NCBI RefSeq assembly: GCF_006345805.1
Contig: NC_042997.1
Location: 123,504,001-123,568,000, forward strand
Reading direction: 5' to 3'
Length of the DNA: 64,000 nucleotides
DNA from: Octopus sinensis
Taxonomy: Eukaryota
Of this stretch, positions 1 through 12,543 are shown one piece after another. Position 1 is the first letter of the stretch, and each line of letters starts with the position of its first letter. The position numbers were made by a program, and so were the translations under genes. The notes under the pieces were generated by a model. The model worked only from the letters and a program-made list of their open reading frames with translations. It had not been told where the DNA came from and searched no databases.

Positions 1-1280
1 AAATGCCACCGATACTATTCAACCCAAGAATAACAATCGAGCGGTACGTACATTAAACTTACAACAAAAAATGTACGAAAAACTACACGTGCGAAATAAT
101 GTGACAGCAGAAATAAACGGACCGGTACCCTACGAATATGACGACCGTCAAAATAATGGGCCGGACGTTGTACCTCATGTCCCGCAAATAAAACCCAAAA
201 GACGTAAATGGACACATGAGGAATACATTTCTATCTTACACGCATACTTCACAGCAATGCTCTACCCAAAAAATGAAAATACAACAACACATACATATAA
301 AATATGGAAGGAAAATAATAGAGATATAGACTTGGATACAGCAATGAACCCTAATAAATTAGCTAACGTACGAAGATACATTCTCAAAGCCAAAAAAATA
401 TCAGAAATAGAAATAGAACATTTAAAAGAAAAGATTCACCAGGAAAATGTAGATAGAAGCCACACAACAATGCCCAATAATATAAACACTGAAACTGTAA
501 AACACGAAGACAAACGCAACATTCCCAACAAACACGATGTAAACAACGAAGGGGAGCCTAATGATTATGATAATATAAAAAATAAAATAATCAAAGAACT
601 GAAAACCACAGAGCCCAAAATGGACCACCGACCATACCCCCCAAGAATAAAAATAAACGAAATAACAACACCAATTATAAACAGCATAAACGTAGCCGTC
701 ACTGAACTGCCACTGAAACAAAAAAAAGTAATATCACTGAACTAAATGACTTGATATACGCAGCAGCCACTGCAGCCACATAAATAACATCCAGAACAAA
801 ATAAAAAAAATTAGAAAATACCTGTCGATTCTTAATGAAATCAGCAATCAACACTACTGAGCAACAAAAAGAGAACAAAAATGCTCCGCAAATATAACAT
901 CACAGAAAAAGATTTGCCGGAGATAAAAGAAAAGCTGAAGCAAGATATCCTTGCCAAAGCTCAAAGGATCCGCCGGTACGAGAAACGCCAACGCTTCTTT
1001 GAACAGAACAAAAAGTTCAACTCCAACCCCAAAAAGTTCTACCAAGAACTGGGAAAAAATAAAATAGAAGTCACTGCAGCACCAACGGCAGAAGAATTGG
1101 AAGAATTCTGGAGAGAAATATGGTCGGTGAACGAACAGCCAAAAAAAAAGGAGTATCAAAATAACAAACTCGGCATCTGAACAACTTTGGACCCCCATAA
1201 CAACTGAAGAGGTCACCCAGGCACTGCAAAAACTAAGCAAATGGAAGGCACCTTGGCATGACAAGATCCCCAACTTCTGG

Positions 1281-2237
1281 TTGAAATATCTAACAGGAAT
1301 GCATAAAAAGCTGGCTGAAAACTTTAACAGCATACTAGCAGAGCCAGAGACAATACCTGAATGGCTCACGAAGGGGAAAACCATCTTAATTCCCAAATCA
1401 AATGAAACAGCAAAACCAGAAAACTACAGACCGATAACCTGCCTCCCTACTATGTTCAAGGCATTTACTGCAGTGATATCGCAAAGGCTGAACAAGCACC
1501 TGGACGAAAACAAACTGTTCCCAGAAGAGCAGAAAGGATGCCGCAAAGGCTCATATGGCTGTAAAGATCAACTAATGATTAATAAAGCCGTAACTGAAGA
1601 CAGCCACAGAAAGAAGAAAGGCCTCAGTATGGCCTGGATTGACTACAAAAAGGCATTTGATAGCATCCCCCACATATGGATCCTCGAAACACTAGCCATT
1701 AACAAAGTAGCCCCAACAATCATAAAATTCATAGAGCACTCTATGAATAAATGGCAAACAGTCCTACACCTCCAAACAAAAGAGGGACTCATGAAAACCA
1801 AAGACATCCCCATTCGAAGAGGAATATTCCAGGGAGACACGCTCTCTCCACTCCTTTTCTGCTTGGCACTGTCACCTCTATCTGATATGCTAAATAGAAC
1901 TGGATGTGGATATAAATGTTACGGCAAACCGATCAGCCACCTTTTATATATGGATGACCTAAAACTATACGCTGCAAATGACAAACAGCTGGAAACACTA
2001 TTAAAGACAGTTCATGGATTTACCAAAGAAATAGATATGAAATTTGGATTAGAAAAATGCGCCAAAGTAACCATGAAAAGAGGAAAACTAGTTAAGAGTA
2101 ACAACATCACACTAGATAAAACCAATGAAATAAAAGAATTAGACCAAAGCCAAACTTACAAATACTTAGGAATCCATGAACTAGATAAGACACAACACAC
2201 ACAAATGAAAGAGAAAATAAAAAAAAGAATATTATAG
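1281..2237 (+). pseudogene. Reverse transcriptase domain of R4-like element copy 1 (frameshifted ORF segment)
   Basis: Translated ORF contains non-LTR RT motifs including QGDTLSPLLF and HLLYMDDLKLY. Confidence 0.92.
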
Positions 2238-2404
2238 ACGAGTTAGATCAATACTAAAAACAGCACAATGCTAAAAACAAGATAATAGGTATCAACACTT
2301 TAGCTGTCCCAGTAATAAGTTACAGCTACAATATCCTTAACTGTACACGAAACGAACTGTCCAAAATAGATAGGAAAACAAGAAAAATACTGACAGGATC
2401 TAGG

Positions 2405-3508
2405 ATGAATCACCCAAAATCTGACATAGAAAGACTATATATACAACGTATAGAAGGTGGTAGAGGTCTTATACAGCTGGAAAACTACTATAAAATAACA
2501 AACATAGGACTGCAAAAATACCTACTTCAGAAGGAAGGAAAACTGATCCAGATAGCAGCAAAACACGAGCAAAACAAAAAACTGTTCACAGTATTTAAGG
2601 AAGCTGACCAATACAAACAAGAAATCATACCACCTAATAAACACAAAGAAGAAGAAGAAGATGATGAAGAAACAACAAAAGCTATAAAACAAATGAAATC
2701 CAAACTAAAAATAGAACAGCAACGAACCATGATAAAACGATGGCAAGAAAAGCCCCTTCTTGGTAAATACTGCACTAAACTAAACGCAAAAGAAATAGAC
2801 AAAGAAAAATCCCAGCAATGGTTGAGAAGCTCAGGACTCAAAGCAGAAACAGAGGGATTTTTAATTGCAGCACAAGACCAAAGCCTCCCCACCAGAAATT
2901 ACCAAAAACATGTAATGAAAAGAAATATTACAAGTAACTGCAGAATATGTGGAGATGGACAAGAAACAATAAATCATATTATCTCTAGCTGCCCAGTCCT
3001 GGCTAAGAAGGAATATATTCACAGACATGACAGAGTTGGAACCTACATACATTGGAAGCTATGCCAACATTATGGAATAACAACAGAAAAAAGATGGTAT
3101 AGGCACACACCAGAAAAGGTCACAGAAAACGAGAAAGCAACCATACTCTGGGATATGCCGATACACACAGATAGAGAAATTAAGGCCAACAGACCAGATA
3201 TAGTTGTCAGAGATCATGAAGAAAAAAAATACTTTCTAATTGATGTATCAATACTGGCAGATGACAACGTGCCTCTAAAAGAAATGGAGAAACTCTCAAA
3301 ATACAAAGACCTGGAAATAGAGGTAACTAGAATGTGGAACCTGAAAACAGAAACAATTCCTATCATAGTAGGTGCATTAGGCATGATAAAAAAATATTCA
3401 GACAAATACATAACAAAAACACCAGGACTTACAAACACATGTAACATACAGAAAATTGCACTACTAGGCACTGCAGACATCCAACGCAGAACACTTTCAA
3501 TACAGTAA
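2405..3508 (+). pseudogene. C-terminal CCHC and restriction-like endonuclease segment of R4-like element copy 1
   Basis: CRICGDGQETINHIISSC, RHDRVG, NRPDIVV..IDVSI..KLSKYKDL, LQ/IQKIALLGT-type terminus. Confidence 0.92.
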
Positions 3509-3602
3509 CCATCAGAGCATCACAACAAATCACAGCACATACCCAAGGCACACAGAGCTGCGCTCGGTAGTGAAGTGAAAGCACGCTATAAAAATAAAAC
3601 TA

Positions 3603-3636
<34 letters not shown>

Positions 3637-3885
3637 TCTACTTTAATATCTGCAATTTTGTGTGGAAATGTTATCTTTCTTTTCTCCTTGACTAACCAAA
3701 TATGTAAACATACCTTTTATAGCAACAACGCAATTTAATGCACGATAAGAACAACAACAAAAATTGAGGCGGTAAGCACCAGACAATGTATACAAAAACT
3801 GTAAACCACAGCAAACCGTATGAGAAGAAAAGAAAGTAGAAAAAATAATTCAAAAATTTAAAATTCGACGATGTGAACATCAATG

Positions 3886-3972
<87 letters not shown>
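3886..3972. repeat. (TCTA)n microsatellite
   Basis: About 21 perfect TCTA units directly 5' of the Tx1 fragment. Confidence 0.97.
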
Positions 3973-5107
3973 AGACTGCGACATCTCAGGCTCTGTGTTG
4001 ACGGTGAACAGGTGTGGTCGCTGTTTGTGAGGCACGCTTTCCCGCAACTCGTCTCCACGGCCGAACTGCATCGTGGATCAAAAAGAGGCCGAGGAAGGGC
4101 GAATGGCACCGCGAGTGTCGCGTTGCTCTCAAGCAACTATGCCGTCCCGTGTCGACCTTGAGTGACTTCAACACAACCCAAGCATTTTATAGGAGATTAG
4201 TGGAGGGGAGGTACGATGACGAGCTCGGGGCGAACCTGGACGTCGACGGGGAATACCTGACACGCCTGTTCAGGACGACTTTTGGGCCAGAGCCCATGGA
4301 CAACTTCCAGACATCCCTGGCCTATCAGTGCTACCGAGAAGCGCTACCCGTTCGGGATAAGCTCTACAGACACGGCTCGAGAAACACGGGGCCGACCTGC
4401 CCGAGATGCGGTCAGAGCGACGAAACCGTTCTGCACGCACTCGTGCAGTGTCCAACAATTTCCGACCTGTGGGCTTATGTCGAACGACTGCTGTTACGTG
4501 TGGGACGAGTCGGTTTATCAGCTGAGTCTATCGTCAATATTGTCACGCCTCCTTCATTCAAACGGGAAGGAAGAGCTATTTTCATCATCCTTGTGGCTAT
4601 GGCGAAAGAATGTATCTGGTGGACGCGTCTGAAAGGATTGGAGACAAATACTTTCCTCTCTGGTCAATCTCTCATCAACTTCTTCAAGTATCACTTAAAA
4701 AGGAAAGTGAGAGCAAGTTTTGTCTAGCAAATGTTTAAAAAAATGATGGGTGAATGTAGAAGGATGGCACGTATGAATGACGAAGCCACCTTGAGCCTTG
4801 TATACACCTATGAATCCGGTAAATTTAAAAGAGAGGGTTACCTACTTGCAAGCAAATGTGGTAACATGTAACAATATTGACCGATCTTACCGTGGTCTTT
4901 TCCGTAGGCTTTTCATTCCACGGATAAACCTTATCTGCTTCCTCCTTTGCACTGTACATTATGACACTGTGATACACGATCCCTATTGATCGTTTTTTCT
5001 TTTGTTTCTTTTCCTTTTTTACTTTTTTTTCTTCTTTCCCCCCAAAAGAAAAGTTCTAATTTGTAATCTGTCCCGTCTGTGTACAGCCCTGTGTGGCTAA
5101 TAAAGAA
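3973..5107 (+). mobile_element. 5'-truncated Tx1/L1-clade non-LTR retrotransposon (ORF2 C-terminus and 3' UTR)
   Basis: ORF 4014-4727 with REALPVRDKL..TCPRCGQSDETVLHALVQCP..LW (zf-RVT-type C-terminal knuckle of L1/Tx1). GC-rich relative to flanks. T-rich 3' UTR, AATAAA at 5099-5104, then (AT)n. Confidence 0.8.
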
Positions 5108-5867
5108 ATATATATATATATATATATAATATTTTTTTCTATCAGTTATTTAAAATCGACAAAGGTGAATTGGCTCTTTTCACAGTCTATGTCAGCGCTC
5201 CCAATAATTGCTATTTGTAGTAAACAGATTTGACATCTGTTGACCTCAACGATGTTAGACCTGTTTTCTCTCATCATAGCACAGGAATGACCACTGCTGA
5301 TCTCCTCACCATCTGCCGAATATATTTACAGACCTGTAGAATTTTGTCTATTCACCAAGTTGCATCTCTTCCTTCTAATATTCCCTTCAGCCCTCACATG
5401 CCTATGATTATCTCAAGTTCAAGACAAAAGTTGAAAATAAACATTATTCTCTATTCTATATGAGCGCTTATAATTTATCACAAGGACTGATGTCAATTTT
5501 AGGAAGTAGAATGGGAAAGGAATATTCTCTGTGTACATTTATATTCTCTATATACATTTAATGAAACATCACAATGGGGTTTTGTATTAACATCTATATT
5601 CTATATATAGCTGGATATAAATTATAAAATAAAGCAAGTCCTGCGTAAATATGTTTTTGAGTATCTTTCATGATTTCGTAGGATCTATTTTTCGTTATTT
5701 TATTCCTTGCTTGGCTAAGATAATTCAAAGGAAATATTTTCCCGAATTACTTTGCGAATTAGCTACATTAGATATCTTTCCTAATCAGTGGAAACATGGT
5801 TCTAATATTCTTTCTCGGGTAAATGTAAGTCCTATAAAAACAACAGTTGTCAGAACCTTAATGTTAT

Positions 5868-5990
5868 ATATATATGTAACACAGTCACCGGTAAAATGTC
5901 CAGTTGTTATTTTTATTTTCCAAAAATTTCCGTTGCGCCTTGCAACCTTTTCAATAGTTTTGACTCTGTCCGTTATTTACACTGCGTTCC
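5868..5990. repeat. Dispersed ~110-bp repeat of unknown class (second copy at 17172-17270)
   Basis: CACAGTCACCGGTAAAAT...TTGCGCCTTGCAACCTTTTCAATAG here versus CACAATCACCGGTAAAAT...TTGCGTCTTGCAACCATTTCAATAG at ~17180-17265. Confidence 0.75.
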
Positions 5991-5994
5991 CTTT

Positions 5995-6480
5995 TGTTTG
6001 TTTGTGCACATGTGTGTGGTCAGTGTGTGTGTGTGTATGTGTGTGTACCTATACATGCATACATGTAAGTATGTATGTATGTGTTTGCATGTGTATGTAT
6101 GTACATATGTGTGTGTATGCATATGTATATATATATGTATGTGTGTGCATCTGTATGTGCGTATCCTGCATATTTATGTGCTTTCATGTCCGTTTGTGTA
6201 TTTTCTATGTATATGTGTGTGAGCACGTGTTTCTATATGTATGTACCTCTGTCTCCTTGTGTGTGCATGTCTCTGTGCGTGTGTTATGCAACTACGTACC
6301 ATGTTTGTACGTATGGATGTGCATCTTTATATGTGTGGATTCGTGTCTCCATATGTGTCTATTCTTATAGCCTATGCACCTATCCGTCTGTATGTTGATC
6401 TGATTATTTTCATATCTATATTCTTACATACAGAAAAAAAGATGCATACGCACACACACTCACACCCACACACATATATT
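5995..6480. repeat. Degenerate (TG)n/(TATG)n low-complexity block
   Basis: Alternating purine-pyrimidine repeats; source of the spurious VC/YM-rich ORFs. Confidence 0.9.
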
Positions 6481-6559
6481 TATCTACCTAACAGTCCACT
6501 AACTATTCTACTCTACCTGTTTAAACTGTGGGTATGGAGGCATGGTATTTACTATCTAT

Positions 6560-7330
6560 ATATTTCTTATTTAGTATTGGGGAGGTTTCATTTATAAGGA
6601 CGTACTCCCGTATTTGTCTGAGTGTTCGGTCTTTTGGGTGCTTGGATCAGATGCTGAAGTTGACCCATGTTACCTCCATGGTGGTCTTTGGCATGTTGGT
6701 AGAATATGGAGGACTGTTTTCTGTCATCATATTGTCTTAGATGTTCATTTATTCGTTCCGCAATGCTCCTAGACGTCTTCTCTGTGTACGTCATGTTCAT
6801 GTCCTTACAAGCACCTTCTATGCATCTTATGCTGTAAGCTACATTTCGAGTTCTACAGTTAATGCCAGGGCTAATCCTACATACCATGCAGTTATCATTG
6901 GTGCACATGGTAATCTTAAATGGGTACGTCCTGCATAGTTGTGATCTGACGGAGTTCCCTGGCTTTTCAAAAATGTTAATGTTGAGTTTGTTCTCATTCA
7001 GAGCTTTTCTAAATCTACGGGCTAGCTCTCCATGGACTGTGGACTGTACAAACATCAGTCCTTGATATTTGTCGGTTTTATACCACGTGTTCGCCCTGTT
7101 TGCTTTGTCACAAGTTCTTTGTCACAAGAGGTATAGTTGTATAGTATATAACAAATGGGGATGGTGCTTATGTACCTGCTGACTCGACTACTCATGAATT
7201 CTTTGAGAGAAGGCTCCTGCTCTCACTAAGGTCAAAACAAAGAACTATACTACTCATCCTGATATTTGCATACTCAAATATCAAAATATGGCCAACATCG
7301 TCATATACAACTCCATCTCCTAGCATTTCT
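6560..7330 (-). mobile_element. Penelope-like retroelement remnant (GIY-YIG endonuclease region)
   Basis: ORF 6588-7055 with C..C..C linker then CRTRNVAYSIRC..C...YTEKTSRSIAERINEH, a decayed GIY-YIG motif. Upstream in-frame WYKTDKYQGLMFVQST..GELA resembles the PLE RT-EN linker. Confidence 0.72.
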
Positions 7331-8357
7331 TCCTCTTTTCCATCAACGTCTACAACACCCTACTAAATATACGCAGAAATGCACAAATACCCTAATCAAC
7401 ATTTACATTGGGCAAAATTGATAAACAACCCTCAGTTAAGCATCAGTTTATGCCATATCGCCATAAGAAATGAGCGCATGATCTACCCGATTACGATGGA
7501 TTCTCCGGACTGTACAATAATTATCCCCGGAATACAGACTATGATATTTAGAAACAGGCTATCATAGTTAACATATAAATATGATGTTTAAATGCGTATT
7601 GATGCCAATTCCATGTGTATATAGGACTACCAACATTATAGGAATATCTAAGGGCAGACTTCTCTATTTTTTGTGCAAACTGATAAATCTGGAAGGACTC
7701 CATATTCTAAGATGTGTCGTGCAGAAAAATAAGTTGTTTTCTTTTTCGAATCTAGATGGGAATATGAGAGACACATGTATAACGACGCCTAATACACGAA
7801 TACAGTACTATATGGCTTAAAAGAATATCATTAACTGTTCAACTATGATCAATTTTTGAAGTCTATAAAGTTCAGTCCTTCGTTTATAAAATACGGGCAC
7901 TTTGAATGATACATTTACTGTTTGGAATATAATTGTTTCATGTTTCTAAAATCAATGTAAATAAAACATAATTTTCTACGCTAATACTCTTGGAATTATG
8001 ATAATCATTGTAAAATACACAGGTGCTACGAGTGGATAATATATGGCTGTAAATTTCTATATAATTACGAGAGAATAATAATAGATGCGCGGGCTTTAGT
8101 TGAATTAATGAGAACCCATATAAATAGTTGAACATAAAGAGCGTTGTCAACAGATACAACGTAGATGATAAGCTACAGTTTGGTTACGTTATAAAATTTT
8201 TAAACTATGTCCTACTATAACAGGCCCGAAACGAATATCTAATGAGATATAAAAGCTGTTACAGTTCTATATTAAAGAGATGGGAAATTATATATATTAT
8301 TTACATTATTTACAATTGACGGATATTTGTCCTCATCTTGTGTGTTATTAATTCAAC

Positions 8358-8430
8358 GGGCATATGACTTAATGGTTAATCGCGTACTACTATCCCCAAG
8401 ATTCGAAGTTCGATTTTAAGTAGTGATATA
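8358..8430 (+). mobile_element. tRNA-derived SINE head (5' part of a SINE split by R4 copy 2)
   Basis: A-box-like TGACTTAATGG at 8365-8375 and B-box-like GTTCGATT at 8408-8415 with tRNA spacing; runs straight into the (TAA)n tract. Confidence 0.6.
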
Positions 8431-8458
8431 AATAATATTAATAATAATGATAATAATC

Positions 8459-8514
<56 letters not shown>

Positions 8515-8517
<3 letters not shown>

Positions 8518-10428
8518 AGCCATTAACAAAGTAGCACCAACAATCATAAAATTCATAGAGCACTCTATGAATAAATGGCAAACAGTCCTACACCTCCAAA
8601 CAAAAGAGGGACTCATGAAAACCAAAGACATCCCCATTCGAAGAGGAATATTCCAGGGAGACACGCTCTCTCCACTCCTTTTCTGCTTGGCACTGTCACC
8701 TCTATCTGATATGCTAAATAGAACTGGATGCGGATATAAATGTTACGGCAAAACGATCAGCCACCTTTTATATATGGATGACCTAAAACTATACGCTGCA
8801 AATGACAAACATCTGGAAACACTATTAAAGACAGTTCATGGATTTACCAAAGAAATAGATATGAAATTTGGATTAGAAAAATGCGCCAAAGTAACCATGA
8901 AAAGAGGAAAACTAGTTAAGAGTAACAACATCACACTAGATAAAACCAATGAAATAAAAGAATTAGACCAAAGCCAAACTTACAAATACTTAGGAATCCA
9001 TGAACTAGATAAGACACAACACACACAAATGAAAGAGAAAATAAAAAAAGAATATTATAGACGAGTTAGATCAATACTAAAAACAGAGCTCAATGCTAAA
9101 AGCAAGATAATAAGTATCAACACTTTAGCTGTCCCAGTTATAAGTTACAGCTACAATATCCTTAACTGGACACGAAATGAACTGTCCAAAATAGATAGGA
9201 AAACAAGAAATATACTGACAGGATCTAGGATGCATCACCCAAAATCTGACATAGAAAGACTATATATACAACGTATAGAAGGTGGTAGAGGCCTTATACA
9301 GCTGTAAAACTACTATAAAATAACCACCATAGGACTGCAAAAATACCTACTTCAGAAGGAAGGAAAACTGATCCAGATAGCAGCAAAACACGAGCAAAAC
9401 AAAAAAACTGTTCTCAGTATTTAAGGAAGCTGACAAATACAAACAAGAAATCATACCACCTAATAAACACAAGAAGAAGAAGAAGATGATGAAGAAACAA
9501 CAAAAGCTATAAAACAAATGAAATCCAAACTAAAACTAAAACAGCAACGAGCCATGATAAAACGATGGCAAGAAAAACCCCTACATGGTAAATACTGCAC
9601 TAAACTAAACGCAAAAGAAATAGACAAAGAAAAATCCCAGCAATGGTTGAGAAGCTCAGGACTCAAAGCAGAAACAGAGGGATTTTTAATTGCAGCACAA
9701 GACCAAAGCCTCCCCACCAGAAATTACCAAGAACATGTAATGAAAAGAAATATTACAAGTAACTGCAGAATATGTGGAGATGGACAAGAAACAATAAATC
9801 ATATTATCTCTAGCTGCCCAGTCCTGGCTAAGAAGGAATATATTCACAGACATGACAGAGTTGGAACCTACATACATTGGAAGCTATGCCAACATTATGG
9901 AATAACAACAGAAAAAAGATGGTATAGGCACACACCAGAAAAGTCACAGAAAACGAGAAAGCAACCATACTCTGGGATATGCCGATACACACAGATAGAG
10001 AAATTAAGGCCAACAGACCAGATATAGTTGTCAGAGATCATGAAGAAAAAAATGCTTTCTAATTGATGTATCAATACCGGCAGATGATAACGTGTCTCTA
10101 AAAGAAATGGAGAAACTCTCAAAATACAAAGACCCGGAAATAGAGGTAACTAGAATGTGGAACCTGAAAACAGAAACAATTCCTATCATAGTAGGTGCAT
10201 TAGGCATGATAAAAAAATATTCAGACAAATACATAACAAAAACACCAGGACTTACAAACACATATAACATACAGAAAATTGCACTACTAGGCACTGCACA
10301 CATCCTACGCAGAACACTTTCCATACAATAACCATCAGAGCATCACAACAAATCACAGCACATACCCAAGGCACACAGAGCTGCTCTCGGTAGTGAAGTG
10401 AAAGCACGCTATAAAAATAAAACTACTG
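8515..10428 (+). mobile_element. R4/Dong-like element family A, copy 2, 5'-truncated, inserted in (TAA)n
   Basis: Near-identical to 1691-3605. (TAA)n at 8431-8514 and 10429-10567. In-frame stop at ~9305 and several frameshifts. Confidence 0.95.
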
Positions 10429-10455
10429 AATAATAATAATAATAATAATAACAAC

Positions 10456-10517
<62 letters not shown>

Positions 10518-10568
10518 TAATAATAATAATAATAATAATGATAATAATAATAATGATAATAATAATAG

Positions 10569-10714
10569 CATCGAAATATACTTTGGGAATGAGAACCCAG
10601 ATTCAAATATTCTCCAAGACTCCTGATGAAGGCTAGAAGGAGTATCAGCCGAAACGTGTTAACAACAAACAAGATGAGAACAAATATCCGCCAAATGTAA
10701 ATAATTTAAACAAT
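10569..10714 (+). mobile_element. SINE 3' body with hammerhead-like CTGATGA..GAAAC motif
   Basis: CTGATGA at 10623-10629, GGCT/AGCC stem, GAAAC at 10651-10655. Its last ~55 bp occur inverted at 8296-8347. Confidence 0.6.
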
Positions 10715-12289
10715 ATAAAAGATGTTGTTTACCTTAAGCTCGTATCTCACGCAAGTTTATTCACACACACTATATACGCACATTCAAACACACACGCGCT
10801 CGCATATATATGTGTTTCTGTGTTTGTGTCTGTGTTATAAGCATAGTGCATCTCTGTGTGCGTGTGTCTACACTATATACACGTGTGTTTGCGCGCGTAT
10901 CGATTTTTGAAAAATCATTTAATTTTAAATGAGAATAAAGCTGTTCACTTAAATGTGATTCTTGAAAAGAGACTTCCGTTGCCTGTAATTATCACAAAAT
11001 TCTTTTAACTTCATGTGTGTAAAAAAAGTTAAAGATTCTTAGTATTATGGGGCTTAAACTTTCTCGAGTAAATGAAATATTATTTGTAAAGATTAGTATT
11101 TGTTTGCTTTCAATTATAGTGGGGCTCAGTTGCATGTGCAATGTAGAAACGTTAAATGAAAATCTTGTGTGAGATTTCTACAAATATAACATGTCTATTA
11201 GACACCTTAATTTCATTATCATTTCATCCATTGTTATCGTTTAGTATAGCACTGCTTTTAGATATTTTAAGACTGTTTTTGTTAGTCATCTTATTATTGA
11301 TTCCGAATTTATAGAGAACAAATATGGTGAAATATTCCCTACATGGTGCAGCAGTTAGTGACATATTACAATGAAATGTTTAGTTTGCAATATGTGTTCG
11401 ATATATTTTACAGTTAAATTGAAATTTCCAATGTTCTATTGAAAAACAACACATTTGCGACACGATCACTAAAGATATGAATACATTGCCTGATTAATGT
11501 GAAGTCTCGATTCAAGCCCCTGGCATTTGTCATTCAAATACTTTGATTTGGCAAACACCACGCGAAAACTGATGGTACATTTATATATATATTTTCTAAA
11601 ATAATTCTGTCACGAAAATACAAGAAAACGTGATATTGGAGTCATTCTTCCAGTTCTTAGGCAACAAATTCATAACATATCACATAACCGTTCAGTGATA
11701 TATAAAGTAATTTCAGCTTTAACATGTGGTCGTGACTCAACGTAATATATCTGAATTGCGAAAGCAACTTGTTACCCTGAAAGAAGAAAAATCAATTTAC
11801 GAAAACCGGATTCACGACGTTTGTCTGAAAAACTTCTCATTGTGTCATTAAGGAAATCTCGAAAAATCATAGAAATATTTGTGATAAAACATGTGTTGAT
11901 AATTGCGAATTTAAAGTAAATATCATTTTATAGCACAGAAAGGAGTTCCATACACACATACATATACATATAAATGCCTATTTCTGTGTTTGTAAATATA
12001 TGTCTGTGTGTGTGTGCGTGTGTATGTGTGTGTATATATATATATATATCGCCCTCGTGATCATAGGGTGCAATGAGCACCAGCATTCTTAGAAATAGAA
12101 GTCAATGACTCCTCAGCCACAAGAAGACCTTGACTCCTATTTCTAGCAGCGCTGGTGCATTTTGCACGCTTTTGTCACTTTTAGTGACGGTGAATTATTC
12201 CCTCTTGGATTTTAAATTGCTTCGATCCCAGTGCTTATATTTGTTAAACCCGTATTTATTGTATCGAACAGCTGAAATACGCGGGTGTA

Positions 12290-12500
12290 AACAAATCAAT
12301 ATCAGCTGTTAAACGGCGGTATGTTTCCAGTACAGACGGAACGACACTCACAAAATCATATATTCAACGAGTATCTTTCAATTTCCGTCTACCAAATCAA
12401 CTCACAATATTTTGTCGGATAAGAGACCTCCCACAGTGTCATGCAGTGAGACTTAATATGGAACCTTGTGGTGGCTGGGAAGCAAACTTCTTGCCACACA

Positions 12501-12505
<5 letters not shown>
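12290..12505 (-). mobile_element. Degenerate SINE fragment (family B, same family as 37529, 49890 and 55286)
   Basis: Reverse complement reads GGCTGTGTGGCAAGAAGTTTGCTTCCC..GATTTGGTAGACGGAAATTGAAAGA, matching the other copies. Confidence 0.7.

Positions 12506-12543
<38 letters not shown>

Larger units (their letters stand above)
1..3605 (+). mobile_element. R4/Dong-like non-LTR retrotransposon (family A, copy 1), near full length; 5' end probably outside the window; ORF broken by small indels
   Basis: ORF pieces 71-745, 881-1180, 1281-2237 and 2405-3508. RT motifs NYRPITCL, EQKGC, WIDYKKAFDS, QGDTLSP, YMDD, YKYLG. C-terminal CRICG..H..SSC zinc knuckle, RHD, and RPD..D..K..KY restriction-like endonuclease. 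The 3' UTR ends AAAATAAAACTACTG and is followed by (TAA)n at 3606-3635. Confidence 0.93.

Noticed and set aside
854-1396. 180-aa minus-strand ORF and similar antisense ORFs inside R4 copies
   Set aside because: Shadow frames opposite an A-rich retrotransposon ORF; no independent motifs.
5651-6597. 239-aa and overlapping ORFs rich in V, C, Y and M
   Set aside because: Translation of TG/TATG microsatellite.
7400-8290. Possible second Penelope remnant (VYIGL motif near 7615, GGCCCGAAACG near 8225)
   Set aside because: Motifs are too short and scattered to support a call.
8358-8430. Functional tRNA gene (also the heads at 30812 and 55286)
   Set aside because: No complete acceptor stem or T-run terminator; each continues into a repeated SINE body.
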